Shown here: piece by piece, positions 1-18,900 of the stretch
How the letters are laid out: the number at the start of each line of letters is the position of its first letter
How positions within the stretch are numbered: the first letter of the stretch is position 1
Source: Callorhinchus milii
Lineage: Eukaryota
Assembly: GCF_018977255.1 (NCBI RefSeq)
Contig: NW_024704742.1
Span: forward strand, 58,158,001-58,222,000
Length of the DNA stretch: 64,000 nucleotides
Reading direction: 5' to 3'
Translations under genes and position numbers: made by a program
Notes under the pieces: generated by a model
Seen by the model: the letters and a program-made list of their open reading frames with translations, nothing else
The model's database searches: none
What the model was told of the DNA's origin: nothing

Positions 1-1845
1 TATACAGAGAGAGAGAGAAGGGTATAGAGAATTATGTATATATCGAGAGAAGGGTATAGAGTAGATATGTAGAGAGAGAAGAGTATAGAGAGAATATATC
101 TATATAGAGAGAAGGGTATAGAGAATATATATATAGAGAGAATGGTATAGAGAGAGAAGGGTATAGAGAATATATATATAGAGAGAGAAGGGTATAGAGA
201 GAGAAGGGTATAGAGAGAGAAGGGTATAGAGAGTATATATTTATACAGAGAGAGAAGGGTATAGAGTATATATATAGAGAGAAGGGTATAGAGTATATAT
301 ATAGAGAGAAGGGTATAGAGTATAGAATATATAGAGAGAATGGTATAGAGAGAATATATATAGAGAGAGAAGGGTATAGAGTATATATAGAGAGAAGGGT
401 ATAGAGAGAATATATATATAGAGAGAAGGGTATAGAGAATTATATGTATATATAGAGAGAGAAGGGTATAGAGAGAGTATATATTTATATAGAGAGAGAA
501 GGGTATAGAGTATATATAGAGATAGAATGGTATAGAGTATATATATAGAGAGAAGGGTATATAGAGAATATATAGAGAGAAGGGTGTAGAGAGAATATAT
601 ACACATAGAGAGAAGGGTATAGAGTATATATATATAGAGAGAATATATATAGATAGAGAGAAGGGTATAGAGAATATATAGAGAGAGAAGGGTATGGAGA
701 ATATGTATATATATAGAGAGAGAAGGGTATAGAGCGAATATATATATAGAGAGAGAGAAGGGTATGGAGCGAATATATAGAGAGAGAAAGATAGAGAATA
801 TATATATAGAGAGAGGGAGAGAAAGGTATAGAGAGAATATATATTATATATAGAGAGAAAGGTATAGAGAATATATATAGAGAGAAGGCTATAGAGAGAA
901 TATATATAAAGAGAGAAGGGTATAGAGAGAATATATATAGAGAGAGAGAAGGGTGTAGAGAGAATATGTACACATAGAGAGAGAAGGGTATAGAGTATAT
1001 ATATATAGAGACGGGTATAGAGAGAATATATATAGATAGAGAGAAGGGTATAGAGAGAATATATATAGAGAGAAGGATAGAGAGTATATATATATAGAGA
1101 GAGAGAAAGGTATAGAGAGAATATAATATATAGAGAGAAAGGAATAGAATATATATTATATAGAGAGAGAAAGGTATAGAGAATATATATACATAGAGAG
1201 AGAAAGGTATAGAGAGAATATATATATATAGAGAGGGAAAGATATAGAGAATATATATAGAGAGAGAAAGGTATAGAGATAATATATATACAGCGAGACA
1301 AAGGTAGAGAGAATATGTATATACAGAGAGAAGGGTATAGAGAGAATATATGTATATATAGAGAGAAGGGTATAGGGAGAATATATATGTGTATAGAGAG
1401 TGAGAAGGGTATATAGAGAGAATGTATATATACAGAGAGAATATAAGTGTATATATAGAGAGAGGGGTACAGAGAGAGAGTGAAAGGTACAGAGAGAATG
1501 TATATTATATATAGAGAGAAAGGTATAAAGAGAATATATATATACAGAGAGAGAAAGGTATAGAGAGAACATATACATATATACATATATATATAGAGAG
1601 AAAGGGGTAGAGATAATATATATAGACAGAGAGAAAGGCATAGAGAGAGTATATATTATACACATAGAGAATATATATAATAATTCTTGCATTTGATATA
1701 ACTATATATCTATATATCTCTTCACGTCTTCTAGACATCTCAAAACGCTTAACAGATATATATATAGAGAGAGAGAGACATAAAGGTGTGTTTATATATA
1801 TATACATTATATATTTTATTTATTATAATATGTAATATATAGTAT
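1..1845. repeat. Compound (TA)n/(GA)n minisatellite-like low-complexity tract in RWDD4 intron 1
   Basis: Dozens of degenerate units like tatatagagagagaagggtatagagaa, with almost no C on the + strand. The minus-strand Y/I/L/S-rich ORFs here are artefacts of the repeat. Confidence 0.95.
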
Positions 1846-2215
1846 ATTTACATTTGTATAGCGCCTTTCACGTCAGGAGGACGTCCCAAGGCGCTGAGAC
1901 ATCTCAAAGCGCTTTATATATATATATAAATAGAGAGAGAGAGAAAAGTATAGAGAGAAAAGGTATAATAATAATAATCCTTGCATTTGATATAGCGCTT
2001 TTCACATCATCTAGATGTCTCAAAGCATTTATATAGCATTTACATTTGTATAGCGCCTTTCACGTCAGGAGGACGTCCCAAGGCACTGAGACATCTCAAA
2101 GCGCTTCATAGAATATATTGTAAAGTGAATTGACTGTATATTTTGTGGGCGAAACGCAGCAGCCAATTGCGCACAACATTGTCTGACAAACAGCCATGGA
2201 CTGAGTGACCAATTT
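1846..2215 (-). mobile_element. Rearranged SINE/L2 3'-tail fragments
   Basis: Two near-identical copies of tacatttgtatagcgcctttcacgtcaggaggacgtcccaaggc.ctgagacatctcaaagcgc (about 1848 and 2041), plus SINE body ttttgtgggcgaaacgcagcagccaattgcgcaca. Confidence 0.8.
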
Positions 2216-2587
2216 TTAAAAAAATATTTTTGTATAGAGAAAGAGAGAAAAGTATAGAGAGAGAGAAAAGATATATATGCACACACACACATAATATATA
2301 TATACACACACACACGCAAAGTGCAATCCCAAATTACATTTGTAAAGCATCTTTCACATCGGGAGTACATCCCAAGGTGCTGAACAGTAAGGGATTAAGA
2401 CCTACCTTGTGCGGATTTCTGTGGGTGTCAGACTGACAATTAAAAAAAGCTTGTTTGATTGGCATATTTCTACAATTAAAGGAGAGTGTTTTCATGAGTT
2501 TGCAATTTAAATACTCATCAATTTCTTGCTCCCATCAAATATCCCATTGTGGTGAGGTATTTACTTCAGCTTGGATCAAGATTATGA

Positions 2588-8624
<6,037 letters not shown>

Positions 8625-8821
8625 CAGGGTTTCAGAACTGGATCCAAATAAACCTGGAGAATCTGTTTCGTTTTGCTGGAAAGTGTGTTAATTTTCCTCA
8701 GTGTGTCTTTACAGAAAAATGTTTTTATAAACAGTAAAATGGCAGCATTTGTGTGTTTTGGTATGAAATCACTGAGTGCTCTTTATTTTTCTACTCACTG
8801 ATAGAGTTGCTGATTCTTATA

Positions 8822-8928
8822 GACTAGTTGTACCCGTTGCAGCTGAGCTTGCGCCCAAAGCATCCAATGTAGATTGACACAGACAAACACGCAGACAGAC
8901 ATTTCATCTTTATACTCATCTAGTAGGA
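8822..8928 (+). mobile_element. Possible short non-autonomous Helitron/Helentron-like relic
   Basis: Begins actagttgtacccg..., has a cagacaaacacgcagacagaca microsatellite near the 3' end, then tttatactcatctagtagg. This layout resembles Lep1/HINE-type non-autonomous rolling-circle elements. Confidence 0.4.
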
Positions 8929-10229
8929 CTCCTATGGGAGAACTCATTTTGCTTTGCTGTTCTTTGAGTGGGCAACTCATTTTGGTGCGCCGTTTAGGTC
9001 ATTTCAGCATTGAAGTTCAGCCGCGCTGTTCTTTGTTTTTCAGTTTCATTTAATGGGTCTTTTGACTTGCATTTTTACTTATTCTTGAAAGGTTTGATTT
9101 TTCGCTTAGGCATCTTTATAATGATTAATCTAAATGTATAATTTATAATCATTGGGACGTCCTCCCGAAGTGCAAGATGCTTTAAAAATATAATTTTGTT
9201 GTAGCCCCAGCTTAGCTTCTTCTGTGTTCTTTATTTTGTTCCTGCTGCCACTTGGCTATGTGCATGCTCTGTGACGCAAGATGCCACAGCGCCACAATCA
9301 GCCGGTCCGGCCACTAGGTGTAACTGCAGTGCGTGCTTATATACGATGCCACAGCACCACTATGACTTGGCGGCCACCAGGTGTAACCAGCAAAAAATGT
9401 TAAACTGAAATACATTTTAGGTCATAACTCATAAAAGATAGGCGATGCCTATGTCACTCCCAGTTGCAAGACTTTCTGATGAGGTATACATCATGTCTCT
9501 ACGTCAATCAGTTATTGAGAACCTGAAGCGCAGACAGACATTGTTGTTCTATTAGCATAAAGAAGTGAAGATGTAATCCAGTTTCACCAAATAAATCAAA
9601 TAGTGCCAGCCCTGGTTGTACCCTTTGCCAAGTGGTGAACTTAAATTGTGGCTTCCAAAAACGGTAGTCAGTTAGCAGCATATTAAGGAGTGAATGCTTT
9701 GATTCAGCTTAATTTCATGGTAAAACAAAAGTTCAGTATTTTATTGAGCGTGGCAAAAAGAGTGTTTCAGCACATCTGTAATTGTACAGTTCATTTTGCC
9801 ATTTTAATAGGAAGCGGTAGTCCTGGAGTAATCTAAGTTCCGAGACTTGTGTGAAATACGCTATACAAATGAAAGCTGTTGTACTCATGGACTGCCCCGA
9901 GGTTCTGTCACCCTGTATGATGACTTGAGGAAAATCAAATTAATATTCAGGGTTTTAATAAAGCTTTATTATTTATGAATTAAATTAACTTTTTTGAAGT
10001 TGTACATGTGTTGCCATATCGGTCATTTAAACTAGGGCTTGCTGGATTGTACTTGGAACGTACTGTATCAACTACTTTGATATGAATCTGTAGATTAATG
10101 TAGAATTATTGTTGCATGCTTTTTCACTATAGTTCCTTCCTTATGAACTGTTTCAGTTATCTCCTGTGCATTTTTAAAAAAATATACCACTGACTAAAAC
10201 AATATGTGCCTTTTGTATAGTGCATTAAC

Positions 10230-10610
10230 TTCAACAACAACAAATTACATTTGTATAGCGAGTAGGGGTAGGGGGTGACCGCAGGCATGGTTGAAGCGGA
10301 GGATCTTGAAGGAGGCAAGGGAGGGGTTGAGGCGGAGGGACTATGGGATGGAATTCCTGAGGGTGGGGGCAGAGAGGCTGAAGGCCCACTCGCCAATGGT
10401 TGGCAGGGCGAGGGGGAGTTGAAGTAGGCCGGTGCCTGCTGAGTGGAGGGAGTGGACAAGTTGGTAGAGGGTTAGGCGGTCACAGATGTAGGGAGGAGCA
10501 AAGAGTGGAGGGTTTTAAAAGTGACCAGGATCTTGAATTGAGTGAGGGGGAATCAGTAGAGCCAGATGAGGATGGGGTCGCAGAGCCTGGTGCAGGAGAG
10601 GACACGGGCT
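10230..10610 (-). mobile_element. L2 LINE 3' fragment
   Basis: Begins with (caa)n and tacatttgtatagcg (L2 tail in reverse), followed by the G-rich reverse of the L2 ORF2 C-terminus. Confidence 0.85.
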
Positions 10611-11091
10611 CTGTGACCCTATCAGCCCCACCCTCGCCTTACTCCACTGCTTCCCATCACACAGAGGATACAGTTCAAGATCCTGGTCCTCACCTCAAAG
10701 CCCTCCATGGCCTCTCTCCCCCCTACCTCTGCGACCTCCTAACCCTCTACCATCCTGATTGCTCCCTCAGCTTTGTGGGCTCCTGCCTGGTTCACATCCC
10801 CCGCCTCGCTAACCCACTATTGGCGGGCGGGCCTTCAGCCATTCTGCCCCCACCCTCTTGAACTCCGTCCCGCAGTCCCTCCATCTCTCCCACCCCTTGC
10901 CTCCTTCAAGACCCATCTCAAGACCCTCTTTGACTGTGCTTTTGATCTTCTTGATTCCCCCCTGCCCTCCACCCCCCCACCCCCCCCCCACCTCCCCACC
11001 CCCCATCTCGGGTCCGAAACTCTGTCCGTCCAGTGCCTTGGGATGTCCTCCCAACGTGAGAGGTGCTATACAAAAGTAATTTTGTTGTTGT
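10606..11091 (+). mobile_element. L2 LINE 3' fragment
   Basis: ...[15 protein letters not shown]... then ttcaagacccatctcaagaccc, tail gggatgtcctcccaacgtgagaggtgctatacaaa...(ttg)n. Confidence 0.9.
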
Positions 11092-11475
11092 TGGAGACTC
11101 GAGTATGCATTTGTATATTGTTGGAGTTTAACTAGCAAAGCCTGCAAGCATTCTTATAATTAACTATAATTTTGAAATCACTTTTCTTGGGCAAAACCGT
11201 ACTGCAACTTTTTACATTGAATTATTGTGGGGAAATTGCACCGCATATAGATTTACCCGATGCTCCAACACTTCATTACTATTTGAAACCATTGACAACT
11301 GAAGTTGGTCATCTTGAAGTTTGTGAAAATACTTGAAAAACTCTGAAATGGTCTTTTTCTTAAGACTTTGTGAACCAATTTGATGCCAGTTTTTCACTAT
11401 AATGGTACATTTTTTTTATAAACAAGATTTCAGTACCTTATGTTACTTTAGAACACTCAAAAATCTGAACTAATG

Positions 11476-11773
11476 GGAGTCCTGTAGCTCAGTGGTTAGA
11501 TCACTCGTCCTGCAAGCGAGACACCTGGGTTCAATTCCAGGCAGGGCGAAACCTTGGGCAAGTTTCCTTACTCCACACACCTAATAATAATCTCCAAAAA
11601 ACAATAATTGGTCATTTTCAATCCATGACAGTTTGTGGGACACTGCTGTGCACAATTGGCTGCTGCATTTCTCCCACAAATATACAGTCAATTAACTTTA
11701 CAACATATTCTGTGAAGTGCTTTGAGACATCGAGAAGATGTGAAAAGCATTATATCAAATGCAAGGATTATTA
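11476..11773 (+). mobile_element. tRNA-derived Deu-type SINE, full length
   Basis: ggagtcctgtagctcagtggttaga...gggttcaattcc...tgtttgtgggacactgctgtgcacaattggctgc...caaatgcaaggattatt. Confidence 0.93.
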
Positions 11774-12277
11774 TAAATGTAAGTCTATTGCCTGCAAGAG
11801 AAAAATGAACATTTCAGATACCTTTAGGACACTTTTTCCGAACATTGTTTCCCTAATTTTATTTTTATAAGGCATTGGAATCACTCTTTGTTTCACAACC
11901 GTTCCAAGAGGTTCAGTCGACCGCTGGTGTCTCACTATAAATGGTCATTATTCATGCCTTGACTGGATGTTGGCAGGCTAATTTACCACAGGGGAATTCA
12001 CAGCCAAGCTCAATCCTTTTGCTCACCCAAAGTTCATACGTGTTCACCTTCCAGCAGGAGTCTACAGATTGCAATCAGAGTGGGAAGACTGGATGGTTTC
12101 CTTTCCAAAGCTCAGGATCACTGTGGTCAAGTATGCAATATATTGTGGCAGATCCAGGCATTTAAACGTGTAATGTTCATCATCCGATAAATCCCACTTT
12201 TTATGTGATACACTTTTATGAAAATATTAATGTGCACAAGTGGCAAATGGGCTACACTCGGAGGCTCGGCTGTTGTG

Positions 12278-12562
12278 ATTGCGTGTGTGTCTCCATGTGA
12301 GTCTGTCTGTATCTCTTCTGTATGTGTGTGTGTGTTCATGAGTGTGAATGTGTGTCTCTCTGTCTATGTGTGGGTATCATTGTATCTATGAGTGTGTGTG
12401 TCTCTCTGAGTGTATGCGTCTCTCTCTGTGTCTGTGAGTGTCTTTGTCTCTGATTGTGTTTGTCTCTGTGTGTGTCTTTCTGTGAGTGTGTGTCTGTGGG
12501 CGTGTGTGTCTCTCTGTGTCTGTAAGTATATGTCTCCCTCTGGATTTCTGTGACTGTGTGCG
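12278..12562. repeat. (TG)/(TC) degenerate microsatellite
   Basis: tgtgtgtctctctgtgtctgtgagtgtg... Confidence 0.9.
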
Positions 12563-14039
12563 GTGCCGGCTCTGAGAGGCAGGAGGTAGTGAGCTTCTGT
12601 AGCCTTGTTGGTCTTCCCCCCACCCCCAAAAAATGGCCACCCAGTTTTTGTTCAAGAAGCAATTAATAATTTGTTTTGCAACCATCTAGCATGTGTTATT
12701 TCCTTATGTTTAGCTTTTATCAATAAAGTAAAAAAAATAGAGGTAAAGTGTACCTCAATAGCACCAATCAACACACTACAAACACCCCCTCCCCCCCGCA
12801 CATTTCCACAAAATCTGCAAATTTCCCTGCAATTTTGGGCAAATATGTCTGCACTTTTCTATTGGCCCAAGGTGTGATTAAAATCCTGACTTCAGAGTTG
12901 CCTAATGGTATACTTCAAAATTTAATGTGATTGAGTGAAGTTTTTTTTGTCATTACAGAAAATCTTAAAGAATATCTGACTTTGTCAACTTTGCCTTTAG
13001 AAATGTTTGTACTTTGCTAGACAGCATTAAGAAGGAATTGAGATTTATATTGTTGTCTCCATTTACTCAATAATTCTTATGGAACTCATGCTGAGGTTGG
13101 GTGTCAAATGTGTCAGTCTTATCAAAGTGTAGCTACTACTTTAACTTCATTCTCTCCATAAAAGTTCATTAAAATATCTTGTTTTGTTCAGTGAACTTCC
13201 TACCATGGGAGCTCCATCACCAAAGCACTGCAGCAATTTGAAGAGAATTTTAAGATTTACAATTTAAAGAATTGAAGGAGAAGTCCCACAACCACTTTGT
13301 CAGAGCAACCGGGATAGGCAATCAATGCAGCATCACCCACATTCTGAGACGGGCTTCAACAGATCCCACCCACTCAAAATCTTAAGAGTTTCTTTCATTA
13401 GTATTTGCGACATAGGTGCAGCTTAAATAAACTCATCCAAAATCAGCTCATGGTATTTCATATCACCAAGTTTGTCTTAAAATATTTTTTTCATTATTTT
13501 CAATCGAACATTTATGGCAGACAATACATCAGTTCTGGGAACAAGCTGAGGAACTAAGTTAACCTGAAACCTTGCCTCTATATGAATGCAATTTATTTGT
13601 TTGTTTATTACTCTATTAATAATAGACAACTGTCCCGACCCAACTGTCCAGCACCTTGTGAAAGGCGCTCTATAAATGAAATCTTGTTGTTGTTGTTGTA
13701 TTAGATCTGAGGATAGGACCTAGATATGTTTTGTAAATTGCTGTTCAGGGATAATATTGGATTTCAGCCACGGGCAAAGTGACCAACACTGCTTAATCAG
13801 AAGTGAATATAATGTAATTATATAGAACAGTGCGGTGAGACAATTGAGATAGATAAAACATCAGACAACTTGTTATTTACAAGTAGAAGTGGCAATTTGC
13901 AACAGCAACATTGTACAAGTAAAACTGATGAGGAGCCCATGAATTAGATTTTGAGGGCTGAATTTGGATGAATCGAGAATATAATTGTTTCCTGGTTGTT
14001 CTCGGTATGCTGTGAGTGTGCATTCCCTTCCAACAAGTT

Positions 14040-14143
14040 ATGTCTGAAGTTTCCATGTGTAGAGCATTCTCAGTTTGGTTTAGAAACTCTTAAGCATGGT
14101 GATCGGTTTCTGTATGTGTCAGACACTTGGCTGACAAAAAAAA
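14040..14143 (+). repeat. Unclassified interspersed repeat (hairpin+A-tail family), 3' fragment
   Basis: tttccatgtgtag...attctcagtttggttt...tgtgtcagacacttggctgacaaaaaaaa; homologous to the copies at 24800, 25385, 32580 and 45205. Confidence 0.75.
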
Positions 14144-14415
14144 TTATGTGCAAATTAGCTGTTGGGTTTGCCTGTAAACAAACTTCATTACACTTTACAA
14201 AAACTCTGAAGCACTTTTGAGATGTTTCAACGCGATAAGGCACCATATCAATGCAGGGATTTTCATAAACCAGGATATACAAGTACAATAGAAATTTGCA
14301 TTGCCTTTCAAGTCAGAAGGATACACCAAGGGGTTGGGACATTATACATGATATTCACAAATACTGCAGCATCCAAAAAATCACTTTTCTCGTTCAGCCG
14401 AGTGTCTGACACATA

Positions 14416-14781
14416 GAGTCCTGTGATGTACGTTTTGAGCACTCATCTTGCAAGCGAGGGGGACCCGGGTTCAATTCCAGGGTAGGGCAAAACCTTAGGC
14501 AAGCTTCCTTACTCCACACGCCTCTGTTTACCTAGCAGTAATTAGGAACCCAGTTGTTCCAGTCAATTGCCGCATCATTTTCCAGGGATAATAATCCCTC
14601 AAAAAAAATGTGCTCACTCAATCCACAACTGTTTGTGGGACACTGCTATGTGCAATTGGCTGCTCATTTCACCCACAAAATACAGTCAATCCACTTCTAC
14701 AATATATTCTGTGAAGTGCTTTGAAATGTCTCAACTACATGATAAGGCACTATATCAAACGCAGGGATTATTATAATTATT
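14416..14781 (+). mobile_element. tRNA-derived Deu-type SINE
   Basis: Family head, body and (att)n tail. Confidence 0.9.
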
Positions 14782-15269
14782 AATGTCAACCTGGGCAAAC
14801 AGTGCTTTATGTGCGAAAATCAGGTCCTCCAAGTAGGTGATGAAATTGACCCCAGGTGGGAAGACACCACTGGAGAAGGCAGAAACTGAGTGCTGTGTTT
14901 GTGTAGATGAAGATTCAAATTGAACAAGCAGACTGCTGTACTTCAGAAACTGGCAGAGAGTACAGTACAATACAATAATGCAATTTTACGGCAATAATGG
15001 TGACCAAGGACACAAGGAGAAATGATTGCACTTTGTGTTTCAGGCAAAAATCACACAAGCAATCCAAAACGGCAAACGTCAGCCAGTGGATTTGATACCT
15101 CAGAAAAATCATTAACCTGTTCTTTGAAAGTTATAAAACTTGGCAATGCACTGTTCTAGTTTACATGAATGGTTTACTTTCCAAGCAGAAATGCTTGGTG
15201 GTCGATTGTTAAGACCTAATTCAACTTTGTTTTTATATTGGACTGTGTCCAAGTGGCTAAATTGTAATA

Positions 15270-15592
15270 ACATAATAATAATCCTTGCATTTGATTTAGC
15301 ACCTTATCACGTCATTGAGACGTCTCAAAGTGCTTCACAGAATATACAACAACAACATAATTACATTCATAGAGCGCCTTTCACGTCGGGAGGACGTCCC
15401 AAAGCGCTGAATAGTCAGGTATCGGGGCCCGAGCATGGGAGAGGGGTGGTGTAGGAGTGAGGGAAGGCAGAGAGGTGGGGGGGCGACCAAAGGCACGGTC
15501 AAAGAGAATTGACTGTATATCTCGTGGGTGAAACATAGCAACCAATTGTGCACAGCAGTGTCCCACAACCAGTCGTGGATTGAGTGACCAAT
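15270..15592 (-). mobile_element. SINE 3' half interrupted by an L2 tail fragment (about 15348-15505)
   Basis: SINE tail aataatccttgcatttg...cacagaatatac, then caacaaca...tcacgtcgggaggacgtcccaaagcgctg, then SINE resumes at gaattgactgtatat. Confidence 0.8.
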
Positions 15593-15892
15593 CTTTTTTG
15601 TAGCAGAATTAGAATTTAAATGATTTAAATGATTCTTCCATTGCTTATGTGCGCAATTGTTATTTTTTTAAGTTCTGTGTGCATAAAGTTCCACTGATTA
15701 GCTAGCAGAGTTTGTTCTCTTTATTTCACGTCTAGAGTTGTTTTCCTTTATATCCCTGGTTCATTCCCTCCAGGACAAGGCAGATCAAACATTTTGGCCA
15801 AGCAAAATGGTTAACAGGCTGCGGGCAATCAATTCAACTGCTCCTTTTCATTAGCTGTTGCAGGGCTTTCATCTCCTTGGTGTATGAATTGA

Positions 15893-15919
15893 GTTTCCAT
15901 GGTAATCTATCCTAATTGG
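15893..15919 (+). promoter_or_regulatory. Candidate RFX X-box plus inverted CCAAT box upstream of the NACHT-WD gene
   Basis: GTTTCCATGGTAAT (13/14 match to GTYNCYATRGNAAC) at 15893-15906, ATTGG at 15915-15919, and a consensus donor AG|gtaagt at 16052/16053. Confidence 0.35.
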
Positions 15920-18900
15920 CTCACAGTTACACAAAACACCATTAACAATGAACTGGGGCCCGTGGTTTCTATCCGGCTGTAAGATCCTGGGAATCTCATA
16001 TACTTGCGACCCTGTTAGATTGTTATTTTGGGGTTGATCGCTTTGGATGGAGGTAAGTTTTGCATCTTGTAATAACTTAGATCATGATGTTTCTTCTCTG
16101 GACTCCCCATAGCTGATGTTTCCGAAGGGAGCTGTGCCTGATCAAATGTTTCTGCTCAAGCTCTCCGTGCAAGTAGTTTATTATGTAGAGAAAAGCACCC
16201 TCTCCTTCTTGATGACACTTCCTTTTTTTTCATGGGGACGTTTAAATGTTCTGCCTACTTCCTCTGGGAAGTAAAACAAGTAAAGGGCCGAGGAAATATC
16301 CTGCTTCTGTGCAATATCTATGACATATGGGGAAATGGTACAGTTTTATTGGAGTTGCTTTTAAAGCCTGTTACATTTTCAATCAAGTGGTTGGAGAATT
16401 TGGTTCCATTTATTTACCTAAATTCTGACTGAAGGCACCATTGAATGCAAACTTATTCTGCCCAAAATGATGAATCATTCTTCTGCCTTCCCCCTAAAAT
16501 GTTTGTCAGTTACTTTATTTCCATGTATTTTTTTCTTGCAGGCAAAAATAATCAGTTTTCAATGGTAGGTTTATACGGAATTACTAATATTCACACTAAG
16601 AGTGAATGAATGAATGCCCAAGGCCAGAAACTCATAAGGTTTGCATCTGTTTTGCCTACCCAATCACTTGTATAGAAAGAGAGGCCTGAAGATGTTGCAA
16701 ATCATTTTCATTCCATTAACTACAACAGCACCATAAATTGTTGGTCTTCTGTTTCAGTTCAATCCACTTCACCTCTGCCAGCAAACTTTCGAAGTTGATG
16801 TCCTCAAGAAAATCTGTTTTACTTTTCTGAGTTTGAATAACTGCTTCAATCAAGATTTGTCCAGAGCAATGGATCAGAAAGTCTGCCATACAGTAGCTAG
16901 CTGGAAGGCAAGATATCATTTAATGGTTATTTGTTTAACTACAAGCTACTTTTAGTACTATTACATCAGAGAAGAATTTAATTAGGAAGTTTGTGTTGGT
17001 CCATTGATCAGTGAGGTTAAGGGTGTGCAGGCCTCTCCATTGACTTTTTTTTAAGAAGATTTGAATCTTCTCATGGAGCTTTTTAGATCTTGTGTCGAGG
17101 CAAAAACTAAATATAACCCTAATGTATGGTAAAACTGGCAAACACATTATACCACATTACTAACTATCATAAATATCTACACAACAGTATCTCAGCACTC
17201 AATATTAGAGCAGCTTTATCCAGTACACCACTGTGGCCAATGAAGTAACAGATTGGCCACAAAATACAAAATTCAGCAGAATTCCAAGTACAAAACCGTT
17301 TGAAGCCATTTTTCTGTCACCAATGCAGAAGTAACAATCTATATAAAAGCCTCTTTATGTTTACCTTCTATTCAAACAGTAGGCAAAACCCAGTGCGATA
17401 CAAGCAACATAGAATATACACAAAGGATACAAGGGGGGACATATTCTAGTGATTTGTTAACGATTGTTTGTTGCTGATGCTGCATGAACTTCAATTGGCC
17501 ACATTTTTAGGTGCAATTGATCATATGTGGTCAGTGGTCAACCCATTGGACAACTCTGTTATAGATGACTATGTTTTTTTTTAAATCAGGAAACAGAAAA
17601 GAATGTTAAACCTAGAAATGTTATAGATTTTACCTTTTCTTTCCCAACAAATTAGAGGAGACTAATTGTAGAATACAATTTATAAAATAAAAGCAACCAT
17701 TCCCGACCCTGACACTCAAAAGAGAAAATAGCAACTTGCTATCTACATTTGTTTTTATTTGCAGAGTATTCTGTGTACTCCTCGAGCAACTTAGATCCAA
17801 GGCAAATCCAAGACTTTGTGCTTTGAGAATGATGGTTGATAAATTCGTGAAGAGAGTCCAGATTATAGCCATAGCAATTTGAGTAGCTATTATAGACAAC
17901 GATTCTGGAGTCTGGGCACCTCTGCTGTTAGCAACATAAATTAATTTCATTCAACCTGTTAACCGTAAACTGATCATAAACCCGGTTCTCTTCCCCCCAA
18001 CGCATACTCACAGCTAATATTACTGGTCATGAATCTTCTTATTTGATGCTGATGGTTTAGTGAGTGGGTGTGTGGGAGGTATTGTTGCACCTTCCCCTTT
18101 ATCACTAGTTGCTGCTTGTGTTCCCCTCTCCCCATCCTGTTTCTACTGGTTTCCCCCCTTCCTCTCGTTTTAGTTTTGAATTGCATTCACGTTTCCAAGT
18201 GACAAACTTGGAAACTCTGTGTCTTTATCTCAACAACATGCCTTCAACAATCCTGAGTGTTTGCTGTTCCAGTCTGGGCTGCCATCTCCCGCACTTGTCA
18301 GTCTGCCTGCAGATCCATAGTTTTCTGCTGTGGATCTGCATTCCTTAGTTTAGGGACTGGAGCGGAGAATACCCAGACTTTTATATACTGTACATTCAGT
18401 CATACTAACTATTGGAAACAGGGTCCCAGTTTACACGAGCAATCCCTTTAGAATTACTCGTCTATCAAATTCTAAAAAAATGCGACTAAATTTAAATAAA
18501 AAATGCAAATAGGTGCAGATCCCCTTTCTGGAATTAGGTTTGCTAAAGGCAAGGCTGCACGATCTTCAACATGAATACTATCCTTACAAAGCGGAGTGTT
18601 TCTTCCAGGTTTACTAAACTGTACCTGGGGTGTTGCAGTTGTGACATACAAACTGGGTTTGGGTGGATCAAAGCTCTGATGACCGCCTTTTGAGTCGTGT
18701 TTCTTTGGTGGGAGGGAAGAAATCCGTTTTGTTGAATAGAAATATGAGTTGCTATTTTGTCTAAGATAGACAGACGATTGTACTGTACAGACATTGCACA
18801 ACACCTGTCCTCAACCATCCACCTGGGCACATTATTCACATAGCTAAAATGTGATCTCGTTAATCCAAGCTTTAACATGTTTGGATCAAATGAAAGTCTG

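Noticed and set aside
241..1807. Long minus-strand ORFs rich in Y/I/L/S
   Set aside because: They are translations of the TA/GA low-complexity repeat, not genes.
9270..9392. CRISPR-like repeat-spacer pattern
   Set aside because: Only two imperfect copies, a vertebrate context and no cas genes.
12336..12685. His/Thr/Arg-rich minus-strand ORFs
   Set aside because: Translations of the (TG/TC)n microsatellite.
16716..18878. Several minus-strand ORFs (67-111 aa) and a TATA-like motif near 18380 suggesting an antisense gene
   Set aside because: No recognisable domain, in-frame stops between adjacent ORFs, and no consistent splice chain found. A lncRNA or degraded gene cannot be excluded without RNA data.
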